A DNA stretch of 33,217 nucleotides from a virus. Positions 23,047-31,645 of this stretch are shown piece after piece. Under the pieces are notes generated by a model, which saw only the letters and a program-made list of their open reading frames with translations, made no database searches and was not told the origin of the DNA. The stretch is taken from IMG/VR virus record IMGVR_UViG_3300020185_000005, positions 1 to 33,217 of that record; one strand, written 5' to 3'. Position 1 is the stretch's first letter; each line of letters begins with the position of its first letter. A program made the translations under genes and the position numbers.

Positions 23047-23422
23047 AGGAAGTGAAGGTACTGTAAAGGTCGGTGCTAACTCTGTAGCTGAAATTAGGTC
23101 TTACTCAATCGAAGAATCTGCTGATACTTTAGAAGATACTTCAATGGGTGATTCTGCTAGAACGTATAAACCATCATTGACTTCTTTCTCAGGAAGTTTA
23201 GATGTATTTTGGGATGAGACTGATACTTCAGGTCAAGGTGCTTTAACTATTGGCTCAGAAGTAACTCTTAATGTATATCCTGAAGGAGATACAGCAGGTG
23301 ATACTTATTATACTGGTTCAGCTATTGTTACTGGTGTTTCAAGAAGTGCATCATTTGATGGATTGGTTGAAGCTAGTATTTCAGTACAAGGTACTGGTGC
23401 ATTAACATCAACAACAGTATAA
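23033..23422 (+). CDS. Major tail (tube) protein, small siphovirus/GTA-type
   Basis: The 129-aa size and the pattern VAEIRSYSIEESADTLEDTSMGD...SFSGSLDVFWD...YYTGSAIVTGVSRSASFDGLVEASISVQGTGAL are typical of TP901-1/GTA-like tube proteins. It directly precedes the G/GT chaperone pair. Confidence 0.65.
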   Translation: MATHKGSEGTVKVGANSVAEIRSYSIEESADTLEDTSMGDSARTYKPSLTSFSGSLDVFWDETDTSGQGALTIGSEVTLNVYPEGDTAGDTYYTGSAIVTGVSRSASFDGLVEASISVQGTGALTSTTV

Positions 23423-23426
23423 GACA

Positions 23427-23762
23427 ATGTCAGCAATAGATAACGCAAAAAATCATTTTGCAGAGCAAGATGTAAAAGTAATCGAAGTGCCTGAATGGGG
23501 TGAAGATGATAAAGCCTTAAAAATATACAGTAAGCCATTAACGCTAGCTGAAACTTCTAAGCTCTATAAAATGAGCAAGAATGATGACCTAGCAATGATG
23601 GCTTATGTTCTTATTTACAAAGCACTAGATGAAAATGGAGATAAACTTTTTGATTTAGCAGATAAAAATGCTTTACTACACAATGTAGACCAAGAAGTAT
23701 TAGTTAGTGTAGCAACTCAAATTATGGGTCAAGAGTCTATTGAGGACACGAAAAAAAACTAA
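23427..23762 (+). CDS. Tail assembly chaperone (gpG-like, unshifted product)
   Basis: The gene lies between the tube and tape-measure genes, encodes an acidic 111-aa protein, and ends just after an A8 slippery run. Confidence 0.7.
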   Translation: MSAIDNAKNHFAEQDVKVIEVPEWGEDDKALKIYSKPLTLAETSKLYKMSKNDDLAMMAYVLIYKALDENGDKLFDLADKNALLHNVDQEVLVSVATQIMGQESIEDTKKN

Positions 23763-23911
23763 TAAAGGATGCTAATTTATACTCGCAATATGCACTAGCT
23801 GAAAAACTAGGTAAAACTTTAGAAGAGTTGCAAAAAATTAGTGTCCAAGAATATCAAGGATGGATAGCGTATTTTGAATTATTAAAAGAAGAAAGAAATA
23901 ATGGCAAATAA
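23427..23911 (+). CDS. Tail assembly chaperone, -1 frameshifted product (gpGT-like, ~160 aa)
   Basis: After the A8 run (23751..23758), the -1 frame is open for 51 codons. It reads KLIKDANLYSQYALAEKLGKTLEELQKISVQEYQGWIAYFELLKEERNNGK up to the TAA at 23909..23911. This exactly fills the otherwise non-coding gap before the tape-measure ATG. Confidence 0.55.
23751..23758 (+). promoter_or_regulatory. Slippery A8 heptanucleotide-type site for a programmed -1 frameshift
   Basis: The site reads ACG AAA AAA AAC in the zero frame, 2 codons before the stop. This is the conserved position for G/GT frameshifting in long-tailed phages. Confidence 0.55.
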
Positions 23912-25634
23912 AAAAGTAAAGTTTGAATTAACAGCAGTAAACAAAACAAAGGCAGCTTTTGATAAAGTTACCAATGGATTAAAAAAAATCGGTGGCGGTG
24001 CTAAAGCTGTAGCTGGTGGTTTATTAAAAGTTACTGCTGCTATAGCTGGTGTTGGAATTGCTATAGCTGCTGTTATAAAAACATCTTTTGAATATATAGA
24101 TACTCTTGATAAAACTTCTAAAAGAACAGGTATAGCAACTGATACATTGCAAGCATTTCAACTTGCTGCTTTAGAAAGTGGCTCATCTGTAGAACAAGCA
24201 CAAAAAGGTTTAGAAAAATTTGCTAGAAGTATTGGTGATGCACAAAGAGGTTTAAAAACACAACAAGATATTTTTAAAGATTTGGGTGTTGAGCTAAGTG
24301 ATGTTGATGGTAATACTAGAGACTTTAATGCTATTTTATTAGACACAGCAGATGGTTTAAAAGGATTTGGAAATGAAACAGATAGAGCAACTGCTCTAGC
24401 TAATTTATTTGGTCGAGCTGGTATAGCAATGAGTGAGGTCTTTGTAGAGGGTGCTGATGGTATAAGACAGTTTACTGAAAGAGCTAAAGGTTTGGGAATT
24501 ATAATACCACCGCAAGTAATATCTAATGTTGCAAAATTCAATGACCAATTTGCAGTTTTACAACTTCAATTAAAAGCAGTTGTTAATAATATCACTGGTG
24601 CATTAGCACCAGCACTATCAGTGTTAGTTACAGACTTGTCTACACTTTTAAAAGGGACAAATGACAGTGCTGAAGGTTTTGATAATTTAGGTCAAAGCAT
24701 TGCTATTAGTATTTTAGAGGGAGTGAAGGTTGCAGCAATTGCAATACAGGCATTTGTAAACGATGCAGAACAAACTTTTTTAACTTTTGCAGCTTCAGCA
24801 GGTGGAAAGTTTTTTGGTTTTGAATTAACTGAAATACAAAAACTGCAAGTACAGCTAATTAATTTAGAAAAACAATATCAAGAAACATTAGACAAAAGTG
24901 CTTTTTATTTAAGCAGTCCTGCAAGTTTAGAAAAAATTAATAACACATTAATTGAAACAGATGAAAAAATTAGAGCTGTAAAAGAACAGCTTGGTTCAAA
25001 TTTGCCTATCGAAGATAGTAGTATGGTTACCTATATAGATAGACTAATTACTGCTGTTAAAGATGGTGGTGTTGAATTTGATAAGTTGTTTGAGGGAATA
25101 TCAGGTGGTGTTAATGATATTGCATCACCATTAACAGCTTTCAGGCTACAGTTAGATGATGTTGGTAAGTCATTAGAAACAACAGTAGTTTCATCTATGA
25201 AAAAATTTGAAGATACTATTATTACAGGTCTTAAAAATGGCAAATTAGAATTTAAAGCATTTGCTGACTATGTGGTAGAGCAGTTGCTAAGAATAGCAAT
25301 ACAGCAAATGATACTTAAACCAATTACAGGTAAATTTGAAGCATTTTTTGAGGGTTTTAATAAAAAAACACCTTCAGGTGATGGTGGTGGATTTACAGGT
25401 TTAGGAGCAAGAGCAGGTGGTGTAGATGGTAAAGGTGGATTCCCAGCTATATTACATCCTAATGAAACTGTTATTGACCATACCAAAGGACAGGGTATGG
25501 GCGCTACAGTCAACTTTAATATCTCAACAGTAGATGCTGCTGGATTTGACCAGTTACTAGCATCAAGAAAAGGATTGATCACATCAATCATAAACAATGC
25601 CATGAATAATCAAGGCAAAATGGGTATAGTATAA
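23901..25634 (+). CDS. Tape measure protein
   Basis: The protein is 577 aa. It has an N-terminal hydrophobic segment (AVAGGLLKVTAAIAGVGIAIAAVI), long helical A/L/Q/K-rich regions and a Gly-rich C-terminus (GDGGGFTGLGARAGGVDGKGGFPAILHPNETVI). It lies after G/GT. Confidence 0.85.
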   Translation: MANKKVKFELTAVNKTKAAFDKVTNGLKKIGGGAKAVAGGLLKVTAAIAGVGIAIAAVIKTSFEYIDTLDKTSKRTGIATDTLQAFQLAALESGSSVEQAQKGLEKFARSIGDAQRGLKTQQDIFKDLGVELSDVDGNTRDFNAILLDTADGLKGFGNETDRATALANLFGRAGIAMSEVFVEGADGIRQFTERAKGLGIIIPPQVISNVAKFNDQFAVLQLQLKAVVNNITGALAPALSVLVTDLSTLLKGTNDSAEGFDNLGQSIAISILEGVKVAAIAIQAFVNDAEQTFLTFAASAGGKFFGFELTEIQKLQVQLINLEKQYQETLDKSAFYLSSPASLEKINNTLIETDEKIRAVKEQLGSNLPIEDSSMVTYIDRLITAVKDGGVEFDKLFEGISGGVNDIASPLTAFRLQLDDVGKSLETTVVSSMKKFEDTIITGLKNGKLEFKAFADYVVEQLLRIAIQQMILKPITGKFEAFFEGFNKKTPSGDGGGFTGLGARAGGVDGKGGFPAILHPNETVIDHTKGQGMGATVNFNISTVDAAGFDQLLASRKGLITSIINNAMNNQGKMGIV

Positions 25635-26239
25635 TGTCAGGACAATTTCCAACATCTCCCAATTTTAGAAGTTTAAATTTTAAAGATAATAGACCTACTT
25701 TATTAAATCAGACTCTATCAGGTAGAAAAACAGCAAGACAAATAGGTAGTCAATATTTTTCTTTTACAGTGCAAATGCCACCCTTACAACAAGAAAAGGC
25801 TCAAGAGGTATTTGCATTTTTACAAAAACAAAAAGGTTCTTTTGGGGACTTTACTATAGTTGCACCATTAGATAATTTAGGTGCGGGCAAAGACCAAACA
25901 GATATATTGGTAAATGGCACATTTTCAGCAGGTGATTCTTCTATTGATTTAGATGGTTTTACAGCTAATCAATCAGGTGCTTTAAAAGCAGGTGATTTAA
26001 TTAAGTTTGCAAGTCATAGTAAAGTTTATATGGTGCGAGATACTGCTGACTCATTATCAGCAGGTGAAATGACATTAACTATAGAACCAAATTTAGTAGC
26101 ATCTCTAGCAGATAATGAAGCTGTTACTGTAAACAAACCTAGTTTCACTGTTTATCTTAAAAATAATGAGATTATGTATTCAACAGATGCTAGTGGTTTT
26201 TATAGTATTTCATTTGATGTTAGAGAGGTTATTATTTAA
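25634..26239 (+). CDS. Distal tail protein-like minor tail protein
   Basis: The gene is TAATG-coupled to the tape measure, encodes 201 aa and has a GTA-like tail gene order. No motif is verified. Confidence 0.5.
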   Translation: MSGQFPTSPNFRSLNFKDNRPTLLNQTLSGRKTARQIGSQYFSFTVQMPPLQQEKAQEVFAFLQKQKGSFGDFTIVAPLDNLGAGKDQTDILVNGTFSAGDSSIDLDGFTANQSGALKAGDLIKFASHSKVYMVRDTADSLSAGEMTLTIEPNLVASLADNEAVTVNKPSFTVYLKNNEIMYSTDASGFYSISFDVREVII

Positions 26240-26787
26240 TGCCTAGAAGTTTATCTACTGAATTACAAGCTCAAGTATCATCAACAGCAACTAAAACAGC
26301 TTTTCTAGTTGAGCTAAATTTATCATCTACTATCAGATTAACTGATTGGTATTCTAATGTTACTTATGATTCTAATTCTTATGAAGCTGGTGGTTCTTTT
26401 TTATCTATAGATTCAACAACCGAAACAGGTCAATTACAAGTCAATGAAATTAATTTAGGCTTTTCTAATATTACCGACCAAGTTAGGTCACTAGTTCAGG
26501 ATGGTGCTTTTACAGATAAAACAGTAGATATTTATTTAGCTTATTTTAATGAAGATGAAACTATAGTTGGTGCTATAAATTATTTTACTGGACAAATTAG
26601 AAATATAGGTATTAATGAGAATTTAGATGAATCATCTTTACAAATGACTGTTGCTTCTCATTGGGCAAATTGGAATTTAACAAAAGGTAGACATTTTTCT
26701 GATGAATCACAACAAACATTTAGTTCAGGTGATAAAGGTTTAGAATTTGCAACGCAAACAAAAGCAGATGTAAGGTGGGGTGTATAA
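26239..26787 (+). CDS. Minor tail protein (DUF2163 / GTA g13-like pattern)
   Basis: The N-terminal LSTELQAQVSSTATKTAFLVELNLSSTIRLTDWYSNVTYDSNSYEAGGSF matches my recollection of DUF2163 (l...l....a.l.........r.Td.d..i...g..Y.a). It lies before the J-like protein. Confidence 0.5.
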   Translation: MPRSLSTELQAQVSSTATKTAFLVELNLSSTIRLTDWYSNVTYDSNSYEAGGSFLSIDSTTETGQLQVNEINLGFSNITDQVRSLVQDGAFTDKTVDIYLAYFNEDETIVGAINYFTGQIRNIGINENLDESSLQMTVASHWANWNLTKGRHFSDESQQTFSSGDKGLEFATQTKADVRWGV

Positions 26788-29700
26788 ATGGCTTTTATGT
26801 TACCAGCTTTCTTTAGTAAAATTGGTGCTTTCATTGTTGGCAACTGGGCAAAAATTAAAGCAGCAGCCTATCTAGCAACTTTTGTTGTTGGTGTAAAAGG
26901 ATTTATGCAGGCAAAAAATATGCTTGGCAAAGGTCAAGACATATTAGCTAATAAAACTTCTGCTGGCGGTAAGATTCCTGTTATATATGGTACTAGAAGG
27001 GTCGGAGCTCAGGTTGTATATATGTCTGTAAATGCTAATGATTCAAGAGATTTATATGTAGTCTATGCTTTATCAGTTGGTGAAGTAGATGAAATTATTG
27101 GTAAAACCATTGAGCTAGATGGAAACCGCCTAACTGATTCAGCTAGATTTAGAGATGGTGGTTATATTGGCTCAGATAAAATATCTTCAGGTGCTGGTTC
27201 ATTAAATACAGTTTCACAAAATGGTACTGGTATTGATGCTGGTGCTGGTCAGTTTGGTTCAAGTCCTACATCTAAATATAGATATGTTATGAACCTGCAT
27301 CATGGTGCTGCAACACAAACAGCAGACCCCATGCTTGTTGCATCAATGCCTGAATGGACTTCAGCACACAAATTAAATGGTATTGCTTATATTGCTGCTC
27401 ATTATGGTTATGACAAAGAGGGTATTTGGTCAGGAGTGCCACAACTAACAGTACAAGTAAGGGGTAAAAAAGTTTATGACCCTAGAAGTGGTGAAACAGC
27501 TTTTACAGATAGCACTGGTAAGGTTATTGGTGATAACCCAGCCTTATGTTTTTTAGATTACATAACTAATGATGAATATGGTAAGGGTTTAACAACATCA
27601 CAAATAAACATGACCACTTTTGGTGCTGCTGCTACTGTATGTGAAACCCAAGTTGACCAGCCTTACTTTAACGGAACAGCCAAATCACTAACGTGGAGTG
27701 GTACTGCTGGAGATGATTTTATTACTATTGGTGGTTCATCTGCTAATGAAGAATGGTATCAGAATAAAATAGCTGAATTAATAGATTTGTTTGATGCTAA
27801 TGGTAACAATGTATTAGATGGTCTTGAAATTAAAGAAATACAAAGAACAAACTATTTTGGCTCAACAGAAAATTTTAGGATATTTTTTAATGGAACATTA
27901 GGCTCTACTTATTCTCCACAAACAGGTACTTCATTATTAAAAGTAAAAAGATTTCATTGCAATGGTTATTTAGATACTAATAAAAATGTAATGGAAAATG
28001 CTAAAGAACTTCTTAGCAATATGAGAGGTATCTTTCTTTATATTAATGGTCAATACGAATTATCAATAGAAGATACAGGCACTTCATCATTTAGTATTAA
28101 TGATAATCATATAATTGCTGATGCTGGTATATCAGTTGACTATGGAAACAAAGATAAAAAAGCAAACAAAGTTATTGTTGAATTCTTTAATGCTAATAAA
28201 AAATACGAATTAGATACAGCTACAGTTTTACATGATGCTACTCCTGAATATTATTCAGATGATGGTGATGAGATATTAGAAATTAAAGCTGAGTTTCCTT
28301 ATATAAGCGACCCCTACATAGCTTATAACATGGGTAAGGCAATCCTAACTAGAAGTAGAAATCAAACAACTATGCAGTTCTTAGGAACTCCTGAGATGTA
28401 TAAACTTAATGTAGGAGATATAGTAGATTTAACTTATGCAGGTTTAGGATTCTCGGGTAAAGTTTGTAGAGTTGAAGCATTAGAATTACAACCTAATGGT
28501 TTAGTTGCAGTTAGCTTAATAGAATACTTTGATGTTTATACATGGGAAGTACCACCTCAAGAACCAGTAGAAGATCTAGCCAACCTACCTTCTGCTTATG
28601 CAGTTAAAGCTCCGACTAATATTACTTTTACTGATACTGATTCAAGTTCTACAGGCAGACCATTTTTATCATGGGATGAACCAACAGACTTTCCTGACTA
28701 TCAATATAGGGTTAATGTTGTTGATAATTCAGGTAATCAGGTAATAAATAGAATAGTAGATGTAGAAAATTGTGATTTAAACTTTGTACCTACAGGTTCT
28801 TATGTTGCTAATATTACTTCTTTAAACACACTAGGAACTGAATCTTCACCAGCAAGATTCCCAACATCAGGTACTTTTACTATAGGTGATGCTCCTACTG
28901 CTACTGCTGATATACAAGATGATGCTATTGTTACAGATAAAATAAATAATGGTGCTGTTACAAATGTTAAAATTAATGATTTGTCAGCAGGAAAAATTAA
29001 TACAGGTGAATTAAATCTTGGTCAAGAATCAGGAATGGCTGTTAGACAAACTAAAACTGGTTACACATCTACAGCAACAGGTTTTTGGTTAGGTAATGAT
29101 GGTGGTACTCCTAAATTCAATATAGGTACTAGCACAAATTATTTAAAATTTGATGGAACTGATTTAGATATATCAGGTGAAATATCAGCTACTACAGGTT
29201 CTATTGGTGGTTTTAGTGTTGGTGAGACATCTTTAACTGCTGGTACAGGCACATCAAGAATATCCCTATCTACAACAGATGGAATACATCTAGGAGATAA
29301 TACTTTTTCATCTGCACCATTTAGAGTTGAACTGGATGGTTCTTTAACCGCAACTGATGCAACAGTAACAGGAACACTGACATTAACAAATATAGATGGA
29401 GCTACAGTTGTTTATAGTAGTGGTAATTTAGTTGTAGGTACTATTGGTGGTAGCAATCTTGGTTCTTCAGCTATATTCCCAACCACATTAAGATATGAAA
29501 GAAGCAACTCTACTTCTGCACCATCAGATGCTGAATTTAATACTGCATTTGGTAGGAATCCTAGAAGTAATGACATAGTAGTAGTAACGAGAACTGATAC
29601 TAATGCTCAAGTTGCTTATAAACATAATGGCACTTCTTTTTCAGCAGTAACTAATTATATAGATGGTGATTTAATTGTTGATGGAAGTATTACAGCAGAC

Positions 29701-30831
29701 CAAATTGAAGCAAACACTTTAACTTCAGCATCAGGTGTCTTTGGAATTATATCTGCTGATGATGTAACTACAGGAACACTAAATGCTTCTAATGTTGCAG
29801 TCACCAATTTAAACGCAGATAATATAAGTACAGGTACTTTAAATGCAGCTAATGTAACTGTAAGTGGCGGTGATGTAACTATTAACAATTCAGGCATTAC
29901 TATTAATGGTTCTTCATCATCAATCAATTTAGGTTCAGGTGCATTTACTGTATCTTCAGCAGGTGTTATGACTGCTACAGGTGCAACTATATCAGGTGCT
30001 TTAACAGCTACATCTTTAAATGTTACAGGAGCAACAGTAACAGGTACTCTTGATGCTAGCACTATTACTTTAAATGGTGACCCATTAGATGATTTATTTA
30101 GCGCATCAGGAACTGGTCAAGATAAAACACTAGCCATTGGTCCTGATATTAAAAATAGACTTAAAGTTGATGGCACACAAATGATTTATACAGCATATGA
30201 CAGCTTACAGTCAGATGGTGATGATGCTCTTATAATGAACCACAGTTCTGCTGAATTTTATCCAGCAACACAATCTGCTGGTTGGCATACAACTACAATA
30301 TATGCAGGTGATGAAAGTGTAGCAGGTGGAATATTAACAGATAGAATTACAGTTGATGCTACAGCTACAGGACTAAATACAAGTTATCAATTTTATGTTA
30401 ATGGTGATTCTTATTTTGATGATAATGTACAAATAGACTCATTAGGAATTGGAACATCAGCTTCAGGAACAACAGGTGAAATAAGAGCTACTAATAATAT
30501 AACAGCTTATTATTCAGATGAAAGATTAAAAGATTTTAAAGGTAAAATTGACAATGCTTTAGATAAGGTTTCTCAATTAAATGGTTATTATTTTACTGAA
30601 AATGCAAAAGCAAAAGAACTAGGTTATAACAATGATAGTTTGCAAGTTGGTGTTAGTGCTCAAGAAGTAGAAAAAGTATTACCTGAAATAGTTACTAAAG
30701 CACCAATAGATTCTAAATATAAAACAGTATGGTATGACAAATTAGTGCCATTATTAATTGAAGCGGTCAAAGAACAACAACAACAAATAAACGAACTAAA
30801 AGCGAGGTTAGACAATGACCCTAGCAAGTAG
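26788..30831 (+). CDS. Host-specificity / central tail hub protein (lambda gpJ / GTA g15-like) with a C-terminal S74 intramolecular-chaperone domain
   Basis: The N-terminal GKIPVIYGTRRVGAQVVYMSV...DLYVVYALSVGEVDEI is the gpJ-type 'putative phage tail protein' signature. The C-terminal YYSDERLKDFKGKIDNALDKVSQLNGYYFT...GVSAQEVEKVLPEIV...LVPLLIEAVKEQQQQINELKARL is the endosialidase-chaperone (Peptidase_S74) signature. The predicted cleavage Ser is S1243 (30514..30516). Confidence 0.85.
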   Translation: MAFMLPAFFSKIGAFIVGNWAKIKAAAYLATFVVGVKGFMQAKNMLGKGQDILANKTSAGGKIPVIYGTRRVGAQVVYMSVNANDSRDLYVVYALSVGEVDEIIGKTIELDGNRLTDSARFRDGGYIGSDKISSGAGSLNTVSQNGTGIDAGAGQFGSSPTSKYRYVMNLHHGAATQTADPMLVASMPEWTSAHKLNGIAYIAAHYGYDKEGIWSGVPQLTVQVRGKKVYDPRSGETAFTDSTGKVIGDNPALCFLDYITNDEYGKGLTTSQINMTTFGAAATVCETQVDQPYFNGTAKSLTWSGTAGDDFITIGGSSANEEWYQNKIAELIDLFDANGNNVLDGLEIKEIQRTNYFGSTENFRIFFNGTLGSTYSPQTGTSLLKVKRFHCNGYLDTNKNVMENAKELLSNMRGIFLYINGQYELSIEDTGTSSFSINDNHIIADAGISVDYGNKDKKANKVIVEFFNANKKYELDTATVLHDATPEYYSDDGDEILEIKAEFPYISDPYIAYNMGKAILTRSRNQTTMQFLGTPEMYKLNVGDIVDLTYAGLGFSGKVCRVEALELQPNGLVAVSLIEYFDVYTWEVPPQEPVEDLANLPSAYAVKAPTNITFTDTDSSSTGRPFLSWDEPTDFPDYQYRVNVVDNSGNQVINRIVDVENCDLNFVPTGSYVANITSLNTLGTESSPARFPTSGTFTIGDAPTATADIQDDAIVTDKINNGAVTNVKINDLSAGKINTGELNLGQESGMAVRQTKTGYTSTATGFWLGNDGGTPKFNIGTSTNYLKFDGTDLDISGEISATTGSIGGFSVGETSLTAGTGTSRISLSTTDGIHLGDNTFSSAPFRVELDGSLTATDATVTGTLTLTNIDGATVVYSSGNLVVGTIGGSNLGSSAIFPTTLRYERSNSTSAPSDAEFNTAFGRNPRSNDIVVVTRTDTNAQVAYKHNGTSFSAVTNYIDGDLIVDGSITADQIEANTLTSASGVFGIISADDVTTGTLNASNVAVTNLNADNISTGTLNAANVTVSGGDVTINNSGITINGSSSSINLGSGAFTVSSAGVMTATGATISGALTATSLNVTGATVTGTLDASTITLNGDPLDDLFSASGTGQDKTLAIGPDIKNRLKVDGTQMIYTAYDSLQSDGDDALIMNHSSAEFYPATQSAGWHTTTIYAGDESVAGGILTDRITVDATATGLNTSYQFYVNGDSYFDDNVQIDSLGIGTSASGTTGEIRATNNITAYYSDERLKDFKGKIDNALDKVSQLNGYYFTENAKAKELGYNNDSLQVGVSAQEVEKVLPEIVTKAPIDSKYKTVWYDKLVPLLIEAVKEQQQQINELKARLDNDPSK

Positions 30832-31381
30832 CGGAACTATGTCTATTGGTGGTACTACAACTGATAGGTCTATTAATTTAGAACTAGGTAGAAGTGCGAC
30901 TGCTACTTCATCTATGGGTGAAACAGCACTAAGAGACTTGGCAGAAGTATCTACAGGTGCTATATCAATTTCTAATTTTTATGGGAAATCATTAGAAACG
31001 TTGCTTTGGTCAGTTGGTTTGGCTCAAGGAAATTTTACTGCAACTGGTTATGAAGCTCAGGGATTTAGCACATATATTGGTGGTGGATTTGGAACTGCCA
31101 CTGATACAAGTTGTGATTTATTTGGTGGAAGCACTACATGGGGTTTTTTTGATACAGAAAGTGCAGGTACAAATACACAATTTGCTGTTTCAGGTGCAAC
31201 ATCAAATTCAGGATGGACTAATGTAAAAGTATATTCAGGAACAGATAATACAGGAACTTTGCTTACTAATACATTTAGAACTTCATGTAGTTATAGTAAT
31301 CCATCAGGAAGTTTTGCTACTTGGACACTTCTAAGTGACCTTACTAGTAGCACTGGTAATTTATTTTTAGAGTTTTTTTAA
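30815..31381 (+). CDS. G/S/T-rich virion-associated protein (fibre accessory?)
   Basis: GAGG lies upstream. I recall the N-terminal SGTMSIGG...SINLELGRSATATSSMGETALRDLAEVSTGAISISNFYGKS from structural proteins of marine phages. The gene lies between the hub and fibre genes. Confidence 0.5.
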   Translation: MTLASSGTMSIGGTTTDRSINLELGRSATATSSMGETALRDLAEVSTGAISISNFYGKSLETLLWSVGLAQGNFTATGYEAQGFSTYIGGGFGTATDTSCDLFGGSTTWGFFDTESAGTNTQFAVSGATSNSGWTNVKVYSGTDNTGTLLTNTFRTSCSYSNPSGSFATWTLLSDLTSSTGNLFLEFF

Positions 31382-31382
31382 A

Positions 31383-31571
31383 ATGATTGAATATTATGAA
31401 AACAGTGAAGTTTTATTTGCAAGAAAAATTTATGAAACTAATTTTATTGTAGAAGTTCCTGTAATTTTTAATGATGATGGTTCTAAAAATGAGGAAGAAA
31501 TTTCAATAAAATTAGATGAATGTTATAGGGTTGGAGTAATATCTAGAGATGCATATTTAAAATATGCTTAA
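31383..31571 (+). CDS. Hypothetical protein (62 aa)
   Basis: This is a track ORF immediately upstream of the tail-fibre gene. It may be a fibre assembly factor, but that is speculation. Confidence 0.5.
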   Translation: MIEYYENSEVLFARKIYETNFIVEVPVIFNDDGSKNEEEISIKLDECYRVGVISRDAYLKYA

Positions 31572-31645
31572 ATAACAAAAACTAGAGGATAATGATTTAT
31601 AAATTATAAACATAGGTATAAAATTAATAGAAAAGAGATTTAATT

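Noticed and set aside
121-30062. The minus-strand ORFs in the track, for example 121..471, 775..987, 1219..1437, 9900..10145, 16860..17099, 19614..19847, 20619..21002, 24158..24541, 25268..25603 and 29655..30062
   Set aside because: Each lies entirely within a longer plus-strand gene that has recognisable family motifs. Their proteins are low-complexity mirror translations, and none has an RBS-like sequence.
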